Assembly: GCA_964399495.1 (NCBI GenBank)
Contig: CAYNQX010000048.1
Location: 8,169-21,550, forward strand
Source: an uncultured bacterium
GTDB taxonomy: Bacteria; Krumholzibacteriota; Krumholzibacteriia; JACNKJ01
Reading direction: 5' to 3'
DNA: 13,382 bases
Shown piece by piece: positions 7,797 through 13,382 of this stretch. The notes beneath the pieces were generated by a model. That model was given only the letters and a program-made list of their open reading frames with translations. It did not search any database and was not told the DNA's origin. Numbering within the stretch: position 1 is the first letter of the stretch; each line of letters opens with the position of its first letter. Position numbers and translations under genes: made by a program.

Positions 7797-8258
7797 TTGG
7801 CGAACCGCATCCCGATGCGCAGCTCGGTCGTGTCCGGCGTCGTGCTCCGAGGAGCCGGCGCCGGTACTCGTATGCTCCTGCTCGAGCGATCGCCCGATGG
7901 CTTCTGGTGCCATGTGGCCGGCAAGGTCGAAGAGGGCGAGCTCGCCTGGGAGGCCTTTCTCCGTGAGCTGCTCGAGGAGACCGGCCTCGCGCCGGATTCG
8001 CTGCACAGCGGCGAGTTTCTCGAGCAGTTCTACGAGCCGCGGCAGAACCTGATCGAGATCATCCCGGTGTTCGTGGCGCGCGTGGCGCCGGACGCCGAGG
8101 TGAGCCTCAACGAGGAGCACTCGGCATTCCGCTGGTGCGCGCTCGAGGAGGCGAAGGCGCTCGTGCCCTTTCCCAACCAGCGGGCGGTGTACGAGCACGT
8201 GTGGGCGAACCACGTCGAGCGGGAGCCCTCCGAGCACTCGCGGATCGCACTCCCATGA
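7797..8258 (+). CDS. Nudix hydrolase
   Basis: The Nudix box GKVEEGELAWEAFLRELLEETGL fits Gx5Ex7REUxEExGU exactly. Start taken as TTG at 7797 because GGAGG (7783-7787) lies 9 nt upstream, inside the ACAD 3' end. The alternative start is ATG at 7815, which has no RBS. There is no NuCoA motif, so substrate specificity is undetermined. Confidence 0.82.
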   Translation: MANRIPMRSSVVSGVVLRGAGAGTRMLLLERSPDGFWCHVAGKVEEGELAWEAFLRELLEETGLAPDSLHSGEFLEQFYEPRQNLIEIIPVFVARVAPDAEVSLNEEHSAFRWCALEEAKALVPFPNQRAVYEHVWANHVEREPSEHSRIALP

Positions 8259-8635
8259 GGAAGCAGTACCACTTCCGATCTTCCGAGCGCGGCCTGCTCG
8301 CCTGGGACGTGCACCGGCTCGTCGCGCTGTCGGCCGACCTGCCCACGTTCGAGGTGCCGCTGTCCGAGGTGCGCGAACTCGACGAGCCCTTCTGGTACGG
8401 CGGCGAGGGCGATACGCCCACCTGTCGTGCGATCGCCCTCCACGCGAAACTCATGAGCGAGACCGACCTGGCCCACCCCATCATCCTGTCGAGCGACGGC
8501 CGCGTGATGGACGGCATGCACCGAGCGTGCAAGGCACTCAATCTGGGCCTGGCGGCGATCCGGGCGGTCCGGTTCGAGGTGGATCCGGAGCCGGATTTCG
8601 TCGGCGTGGCGCCGGAGGACCTTCCCTACGACTAG
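8255..8635 (+). CDS. Small ParB/sulfiredoxin-fold (ParB N-terminal domain-like) protein
   Basis: ATG at 8255-8257 overlaps the Nudix stop TGA at 8256-8258 (ATGA). The 126-aa product MRKQYHFRSS...HPIILSSDGRVMDGMHRACKALNLGLAAIRAVRFE has the ParB N-terminal domain pattern: a hydrophobic strand, a DG-x-HR motif, then an A-x-x-x-G-L helix. The stop TAG at 8633-8635 is immediately followed by hairpin c. Confidence 0.6.
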   Translation: MRKQYHFRSSERGLLAWDVHRLVALSADLPTFEVPLSEVRELDEPFWYGGEGDTPTCRAIALHAKLMSETDLAHPIILSSDGRVMDGMHRACKALNLGLAAIRAVRFEVDPEPDFVGVAPEDLPYD

Positions 8636-9584
8636 ACCACGAGTCCACCCGGGGGGACTCGTGGTTGAGCCTGTGGCAACTCGAACAAAGGGTGATCAGG
8701 TTGGCCTCGTCGTTCGTGCCGCCGCGGTTGCGCGGTACGATGTGGTGGACTTCCAGGAAGTGTTTCGCGTTGCAGCCTCTCGTGCGACATTGATGACCGT
8801 CGCGGGCAAGTACCGCTCGTCTTCGGGCGGGTGGAATCGACGCCTTGTTGCGCTTGCCCGGTGCGAGTACTCGTGAATCGCAAGCGACCTGCTCGGCTTC
8901 AGCCTGGCTGAGTTCGACTCCACCGACCTCGGCCTTCCCGCACTCCTCGCAGCGATGCACGATCACCTGGTAAGGTGTGTCCCCCCGGGTGGATTCGCCG
9001 TTGAACGCCTCCAGCGCCATCATGAGCACCTGCTCCCGCGAGCAGTGGTGAAGCTTCATCAGCTTCTCGATCATCGCTTCCAGCTTCGCCTTCGACATCG
9101 TCTCGAGGCGGAAGGTCACGTACGGCGCCGGCGCTGCCCTCGGCGTAGAGGGCATCGGCACCAGCTCACCCTGCGACTCGTCGCGGTCGCGCGCGGCACG
9201 GCTGACCTTCACTTCCTGTTCGAGCTCGCGACGGCTCTTCGACTCGGCCAGCCTCAACCACTCGCGTTCGGTCTCGGGCGTGGCCACCTTCACGACCTCG
9301 CGGGCTTTCGTCCAGGGCACCTCGCCGGACTCGACCCGCTTCTTCAATCGAGGCAACTTCTCCAATGATTCGGCCAGTCGGATGAACTCGAAGGCCTTCG
9401 TGCGTGAGAAGCCTAACCCACGAGTCGCATAGAGCTGGATGCTCGAGTAGCCGAGCTCTCGGTAGAGACGCCGCCTTTTGATCTCGGCGAACAGGGTGAC
9501 GGCGTTGCGTTCGGCCGCGCGCAGGGCGATCAGAGCCTGGTGCAGTTTCGCGTGGGCGGTGTGAGCATCGAGCTTGGTAGACAT
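8538..9584 (-). CDS. HNH endonuclease with a DUF222-like N-terminal domain (REP13E12-type family)
   Basis: ATG at complement of 9582-9584 with GGAG 6 nt upstream. The C-terminal region carries an HNH motif (HQCRTRGC...LEVHHIVPRNRGGTNDEANLITLCSSCH) preceded by a CxxC zinc ribbon (CEECGK). The N-terminal helical region resembles actinobacterial DUF222 proteins. The last ~45 codons (SPRVDSWSSRREGPPAPRRRNPAPDPPRTGPPGSPPGPD) read through hairpin c and overlap the convergent ParB-like gene by 98 bp, so the true C-terminus is uncertain. Confidence 0.78.
   Translation of the reverse strand: MSTKLDAHTAHAKLHQALIALRAAERNAVTLFAEIKRRRLYRELGYSSIQLYATRGLGFSRTKAFEFIRLAESLEKLPRLKKRVESGEVPWTKAREVVKVATPETEREWLRLAESKSRRELEQEVKVSRAARDRDESQGELVPMPSTPRAAPAPYVTFRLETMSKAKLEAMIEKLMKLHHCSREQVLMMALEAFNGESTRGDTPYQVIVHRCEECGKAEVGGVELSQAEAEQVACDSRVLAPGKRNKASIPPARRRAVLARDGHQCRTRGCNAKHFLEVHHIVPRNRGGTNDEANLITLCSSCHRLNHESPRVDSWSSRREGPPAPRRRNPAPDPPRTGPPGSPPGPD
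8636..8665. repeat. REP-like hairpin, copy c: 11-bp stem ACCACGAGTCC / GGACTCGTGGT, loop ACCCGGGG; core 14-mer at 8644-8657; probable terminator for the ParB-like gene
   Basis: Perfect inverted repeat starting 1 nt after the stop codon at 8633-8635. It has the same loop/core as copies a and b, but different stem arms. Confidence 0.7.
8980..8998. repeat. REP-like core motif, copy d (inverted orientation: TCCCCCCGGGTGGATTCGC), inside the HNH coding sequence
   Basis: This 19-mer is identical to copy e (9720-9738). In the HNH frame it encodes ..NGESTRGDT.. Confidence 0.65.
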
Positions 9585-9612
9585 GTCCAACTCCAAGAAA
9601 GGAGTGCCGGGA

Positions 9613-9641
9613 GGGATACATCAGTATAGCTATCCCGGCAG
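9613..9641 (-). promoter_or_regulatory. Sigma70-like promoter for the HNH gene: TTGAAT (complement of 9636-9641), 17-nt spacer, TATACT (complement of 9613-9618)
   Basis: 5/6 and 5/6 matches to consensus, with an exact 17-nt spacer. The site is about 28 nt upstream of the ATG at 9584. The -35 lies inside the 13-mer direct repeat CGAATTCAACCCC (9633-9645). Confidence 0.5.
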
Positions 9642-9719
9642 CCGAATTCAACCCCTAAACTCTATTATTGCAATGATTTAACGGCGCACCCCTGCCGCCC
9701 GGGCAAGCCTCGAATTCAA

Positions 9720-9738
9720 TCCCCCCGGGTGGATTCGC
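9720..9738. repeat. REP-like core motif, copy e (inverted orientation) within an imperfect hairpin CGAATTCAATCC-CCCCGGGT-GGATTCG
   Basis: The 14-mer TCCCCCCGGGTGGA at 9720-9733 is the reverse complement of the core in copies a-c. It lies upstream of the HNH gene, so copies c and e bracket the HNH gene as inverted repeats. Confidence 0.65.
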
Positions 9739-9742
9739 AGCC

Positions 9743-9791
9743 TTGACATCACCTCTATTGTCCTATAGAATTAGTACAACATTGGCCCAAT
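9743..9791 (+). promoter_or_regulatory. Strong sigma70-like promoter for the GntR-stomatin operon (TTGACA 9743-9748, 17-nt spacer, TAGAAT 9766-9771) with an 11-bp palindrome ATTGGCCCAAT (9781-9791) at the predicted start site
   Basis: 6/6 and 5/6 hexamer matches with an exact 17-nt spacer. The perfect palindrome sits between -10 and the RBS, the usual location of an autoregulatory GntR/YtrA operator. Confidence 0.6.
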
Positions 9792-9807
9792 TCAATGGAG
9801 CGAGATC

Positions 9808-10209
9808 ATGTCACCCGAACCCAGATCCCTGACCCTCGACACGGCGAGCGGGCTGCCCATCTACCGGCAGATCGTGGATTGGGTAAAACTGAACGTGGCG
9901 GGGCGGACCATGGCCCCGGGGAGTCAGCTCCCCACCGTCCGCCAGCTCGCCGTGGATCTAGGGGTCAACATCAACACCGTGTCCAGGGCCTACACGGAGC
10001 TGGAGCGGATGGGCGTGGTGCACACCCTGCGGGGCAAGGGCACCTTCATCGCCGAGGGCGAACTGCCCGAGGAGGAGCTTCTCCGCAGTGCCAAGCTCCG
10101 CGACCTGGTCACGGAGTCGCTGTCCAAGGCGTCCGAGTTCGGCATCGGCCCCGAGGAGTTCGCGGCCGAACTCGCCACCCGCCTGCCCGCCCGAAAGGAG
10201 TCGTCATGA
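9808..10209 (+). CDS. GntR-family transcriptional regulator, short YtrA-like subfamily
   Basis: 133 aa. Winged-HTH LPTVRQLAVDLGVNINTVSRAYTELERMGVVHTLRGKGTFIA followed by a short C-terminal helical extension. GGAG 8 nt upstream of the ATG. The stop overlaps the next start (ATGA at 10206-10209). Confidence 0.88.
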   Translation: MSPEPRSLTLDTASGLPIYRQIVDWVKLNVAGRTMAPGSQLPTVRQLAVDLGVNINTVSRAYTELERMGVVHTLRGKGTFIAEGELPEEELLRSAKLRDLVTESLSKASEFGIGPEEFAAELATRLPARKESS

Positions 10210-11363
10210 ACGTCGTCACTCCGAAGATCATCGAAAAGAGCGCGATGAAGCACCTGATGAAGCCGGACTTTCGCTTCGGGGCCTTCAACCTGATCGTGCT
10301 GGTTCTCATCATGTCCATCGGCGCAATGCTCCAGCTCAGGATCGAGCAGCCGTCCAAGGCGGTGATGCTCCTCCGCCCCGAGGTGCTCGCGGTCGTGGCC
10401 GCCGTGCTCATGGGCTCGATACTGATCGTCATGCCCAAGTGGCAGAAGCTGATCGGGCTGGGGGTGGGCTACTGGGTGATCCTGCGCTTCGGCTACAAGG
10501 ACGCCGCGCTCTGGCCGCTGCACGCCACGGCCTACCTGGGCCTGCTCCTCGCCGCGTCGGTGCAGATCGCCCAGCAGTGGGAGCGGGGCGTGGTGCTGCG
10601 GCTCGGCAAATTCCGCGCGCTGAAGGGGCCCGGCTTCTTCATGATCTTCCCGCTGATCGACCGGGTCGACCGCTACATCGACCACCGCGTGCGCGCCACC
10701 GACTTCCGCGCCGAGACCACGCTGACCCGCGACACGGTGCCGGTGAACGTGGACGCCATCGCCTTCTGGCTGGTGTGGGACGCCAAGATGGCCGTGCTCG
10801 AGGTGGAGAACTTCGAGGACGCCGTCACGCTGAGCGCCCAGACGGCCCTGCGCGACGCGATCGGCCGCCACGAGCTGAGCGAGATGCTCACCGACCGCGA
10901 GGCGATCGGCGCGCAGATCCAGAAGGTGCTCGACAAGAAGACCGACCCCTGGGGCATCACGATCCAGAGCATCGAGATCCGCGACGTCGTGATTCCCAAG
11001 GGCCTCGAGGACGCCATGAGCCGTCAAGCCCAGGCCGAGCGCGAGCGTCAGAGCCGCGTGATCCTGGGCACGGCCGAGACGGAGATCGCCGCCAAGTTCG
11101 CCAAGGCGAGCGAGTCCTATCGCGACAACCCCGTGGCCCTGCACCTGCGCGCCATGAACATGGTGTTCGAGGGGCTCAAGCAGAAGGGCAGCATGGTGAT
11201 CGTGCCCTCGTCGGCCGTGGAGACCATGGGCCTCGGCGCCCTCGGCGGACTCACCGCCCTCGGCCAGCCCGTGTCCACGCCCGGGGAGCCCGAGGCACCC
11301 GCGCCGGCGCCGGTCGAGACGCCGCCCAAGCCCCCGGCGCCGCCCAGGGCCGGGCCGGAATAG
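10206..11363 (+). CDS. Stomatin/SPFH (band 7) domain membrane protein with an extended ~115-aa N-terminus of four predicted TM segments and a Pro-rich C-terminal tail
   Basis: GGAG 7 nt upstream of the ATG at 10206. The SPFH core matches the stomatin consensus closely (VVLRLGKFRALKGPGFFMIFPLIDRV...VPVNVDAIAFWLVWDA...WGITIQSIEIRDVVIPKGLEDAMSRQAQAERERQSRVI...NPVALHLRAMNMV). The ORF-track entry 9795-11363 is the same frame extended upstream, across the GntR gene. Confidence 0.9.
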   Translation: MNVVTPKIIEKSAMKHLMKPDFRFGAFNLIVLVLIMSIGAMLQLRIEQPSKAVMLLRPEVLAVVAAVLMGSILIVMPKWQKLIGLGVGYWVILRFGYKDAALWPLHATAYLGLLLAASVQIAQQWERGVVLRLGKFRALKGPGFFMIFPLIDRVDRYIDHRVRATDFRAETTLTRDTVPVNVDAIAFWLVWDAKMAVLEVENFEDAVTLSAQTALRDAIGRHELSEMLTDREAIGAQIQKVLDKKTDPWGITIQSIEIRDVVIPKGLEDAMSRQAQAERERQSRVILGTAETEIAAKFAKASESYRDNPVALHLRAMNMVFEGLKQKGSMVIVPSSAVETMGLGALGGLTALGQPVSTPGEPEAPAPAPVETPPKPPAPPRAGPE

Positions 11364-11380
11364 CACGGCGATCCACGCAT

Positions 11381-11409
11381 GGCCCGGTCCGCCTTCGGTG
11401 GGCCGGGCC
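11381..11409 (+). terminator. GC-rich hairpin (stem GGCCCGG / CCGGGCC) downstream of the stomatin gene; weak terminator candidate
   Basis: A 7-8 bp stem enclosing a cUUCGg sub-hairpin, followed by GCGGCGTTTCC. It is only a poor U-run, so this may be a stabiliser hairpin instead. Confidence 0.3.
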
Positions 11410-11552
11410 GCGGCGTTTCCACCGAGGTCGATTCCCGCGCAACCAATGCTTTTCAAAACCCCGAAACAGTGCCAAGCTCTTCGTCGCGGAATGGTCCGCC
11501 AATCGAATTGCGCCGGCAGGGCCGGCCAGGAACCCCATTTGGGAGGAAAGCG

Positions 11553-13373
11553 ATGAAGAAGCGTCTCTTCCGCCTGTTCAGCATCCTGATGGTCGTCGCG
11601 CTGGCAGGCACCGGCTGCATCTTCGGCGGCGACGACGGCGATCCCGAGGATAACCCGCCGCCCGCCCCCGAGGTGACGGGCACCAGCCCGAACAACGGCG
11701 ACGATCTGGTCGAGGTGTGGCAATCCATCACCGTGATCTTCAGCATGCCGATGGATACCGCCAGCGTCCGCGCGGCCGCCAGCTTCGACACGCCGACCCG
11801 CGCGACCGTGCCCGTCGAGATCAACTGGATGGGCAACATGGCGATCTTCAGTCCCTACGAAGATCTCGACAACAACACGCTGTACATCCTCACCATCGGA
11901 ACGGGAGCGACGAGCGCCGCGGGCGCCGCGCTCGAGTCCGAGTTCACGCTCTCCTTCACCACGGAGCCGACATGGCCGATGGTGGTCGCCACGCTCCCCG
12001 ACGATGGCGACGTGGACGTGGCGCGAAACGCCTACGTGTGGATCGAGTTCTCCACGGGCATGAACGAGGGATCCGTGACCTCCGCGATCTCCATCGAGCC
12101 CTCGGTGGCCTGGGACATCGACAGCGACTGGAACGAGTTCACGATCACCTTCGGCGCCGACCTCGCCCCCAACACGCTGTACACGGTGACCATCGACGAG
12201 ACGGCGCAGGCGGATTGGGGCGGCGAGACGCTGCCCGCGGACTACGTCTTCAGCTTCACCACGGGCACCGACGTGGACATGGAGCCGCCCTACATCGTCT
12301 CCACCTATCCGGCCGACGGCGCCACGGGCGTGCCGACCTCGCCGGGCGAGCTGCTCATCGAGTTCTCGGAGCGGATCATCGAGGACTCGCTGGAACCCTC
12401 GGAGATGGATCCGCGACTGCTGATGGCGGTGATGATGGTCGGCGGCCCCGACAGCGAGCCGGAGTTCTACTGGACGGGCAACACCCTCCACATTCCCACG
12501 CTCGACCTGCCCGCCGGCAGCGAGTTCAACATCGACTTCGGCCCCTTCTACGACCTGGCCGGCAACGAGTCCGCCGATCCGGACGCCTGGACCTTCAGCA
12601 CCGCGGGCTCGCCGGAGTGGTTCCCCTCCACCGACGGCGACTGGTGGGTGTACGTGAGATTCGGCACCGACCCCGAGCCCTGGGATGAGCCCTTCCTGAA
12701 CCGCGTCGAGAACGTGAGCGGAAACGACTTCGATCTCGCCCGCTACACTCCGGACTACGGCCCCGGCGGCAGGATCGGCGAGCGGGACATCTTCGACGAG
12801 TTCACCAATCTGGACGAGCTCTGGCACTACTCCCGCAACTCGGGCGCGATCGAGCTGAACAGCATCAGCCACTGGGAGGATACGCTCTGGATGGAGCAGA
12901 GCTTCTCGCCCGCCGTCGACTGGCTGCAGCTGCCGCCCACCGTCGGCCACACGTGGAACGGCGTCGTGGACATGACCATGGACACGGAGACCGCCCGGGT
13001 CACCTACAGCGGCGAGGTGCTGGCCATCGAGGACGTCTGGTGGGGAATGGGCTGGGACGCGCTGCGCGGACCCGACGACGGCCCGCCCACCGGTTACTTC
13101 CACGGTTGCGTCAAGGTGGACCTGTATCATCTCGTGGAGGTCTACATCGAAGGCGCCTGGGAGACGATGGACGAGGGCACCGAGACCATCTGGTACTGCC
13201 CCGGCGTCGGCAGGGTGAAGAGCCACGAGGAGAACACGAACTACGACGAAGGTTTCCCCGAGCACCATGTCAGCGACACCGAGATCTACATGTGGTGGAC
13301 GACAAACAGAGCTAACCGCAGCATATCGGAATCCAGGATCGGGGCCGGCCGAAGTCGCCCCCGAATACTTTAG
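11553..13373 (+). CDS. Secreted protein or lipoprotein with three tandem bacterial Ig-like (Big_5/SbsA-type) domains and a Trp-rich acidic C-terminal domain of unknown function
   Basis: GGGAGG 6 nt upstream of the ATG at 11553. Signal peptide MKKRLFRLFSILMVVALAGTGC (Cys at position 22). There are three repeats of the pattern (V/I)xxTxPxDGxxxVxxxxxIxIxFSxxMxxxSV. The C-terminal ~270 aa has no family I can name. The stop TAG at 13371-13373 lies just inside the window. Confidence 0.75.
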   Translation: MKKRLFRLFSILMVVALAGTGCIFGGDDGDPEDNPPPAPEVTGTSPNNGDDLVEVWQSITVIFSMPMDTASVRAAASFDTPTRATVPVEINWMGNMAIFSPYEDLDNNTLYILTIGTGATSAAGAALESEFTLSFTTEPTWPMVVATLPDDGDVDVARNAYVWIEFSTGMNEGSVTSAISIEPSVAWDIDSDWNEFTITFGADLAPNTLYTVTIDETAQADWGGETLPADYVFSFTTGTDVDMEPPYIVSTYPADGATGVPTSPGELLIEFSERIIEDSLEPSEMDPRLLMAVMMVGGPDSEPEFYWTGNTLHIPTLDLPAGSEFNIDFGPFYDLAGNESADPDAWTFSTAGSPEWFPSTDGDWWVYVRFGTDPEPWDEPFLNRVENVSGNDFDLARYTPDYGPGGRIGERDIFDEFTNLDELWHYSRNSGAIELNSISHWEDTLWMEQSFSPAVDWLQLPPTVGHTWNGVVDMTMDTETARVTYSGEVLAIEDVWWGMGWDALRGPDDGPPTGYFHGCVKVDLYHLVEVYIEGAWETMDEGTETIWYCPGVGRVKSHEENTNYDEGFPEHHVSDTEIYMWWTTNRANRSISESRIGAGRSRPRIL

Positions 13374-13382
13374 ACGCAATGG

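Noticed and set aside
6533-7924. 463-aa minus-strand ORF
   Set aside because: It is antisense to the acyl-CoA dehydrogenase gene, with low-complexity composition.
6437-9792. Shared 8-mer GCCCAATT at two promoter regions (6437-6444 and 9785-9792)
   Set aside because: An 8-mer recurring twice in 26 kb of two-strand sequence is expected by chance. It is noted only because both copies sit near predicted -10 elements.
9600-9800. tRNA or integration att site in the AT-rich HNH-GntR intergenic region
   Set aside because: There is no cloverleaf-compatible sequence and no GTTCGAATCC-type T-loop. The region is better explained by two divergent promoters.
9795-11363. 522-aa ORF-track entry extending the stomatin frame upstream
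   Set aside because: The upstream 137 codons overlap the GntR gene in another frame and are Arg/Gly-rich nonsense. The internal ATG at 10206 has a GGAG RBS and an ATGA overlap with the GntR stop.
9990-13379. 1129-aa minus-strand ORF
   Set aside because: It is antisense to the stomatin and Ig-like lipoprotein genes. The composition is low-complexity and stop-poor because of GC content, and no domain signatures are present.

Overview
High-GC (~68%) bacterial window containing ten protein-coding genes and no rRNA, tRNA or CRISPR. On the minus strand: the N-terminal part of a secreted beta-helix protein (1-517), a PPP-family metallophosphatase with a long basic tail (750-1847), and a 1333-aa secreted gingipain-like C25 peptidase homolog ending in a T9SS sorting domain (2372-6373). 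The T9SS domain plus the GC content suggests an FCB-group or candidate-phylum organism. On the plus strand: acyl-CoA dehydrogenase, Nudix hydrolase and a small ParB/Srx-fold protein, with the Nudix start sited inside the ACAD 3' end and the Nudix/ParB-like pair overlapping by ATGA (6575-8635). A convergent DUF222-like HNH endonuclease gene lies on the minus strand (8538-9584). After it come a YtrA-like GntR regulator and a stomatin with an unusual 4-TM N-terminus, also overlapping by ATGA (9808-11363). The last gene is a lipoprotein with several Ig-like domains (11553-13373). The most interesting non-coding structure is a family of five REP-like hairpins built on the near-palindromic 14-mer TCCACCCGGGGGGA. 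Two inverted copies flank the HNH gene, one lies inside its coding sequence, and two sit in a perfectly duplicated 237-bp tandem repeat that also carries a minus-strand terminator. A second point of interest is that the C25 peptidase appears to have Trp-Trp where the gingipain catalytic His should be. The long antisense ORFs in the track (2489-6352 +, 9990-13379 -, 514-2235 -, 6533-7924 -) are treated as GC-driven artefacts.
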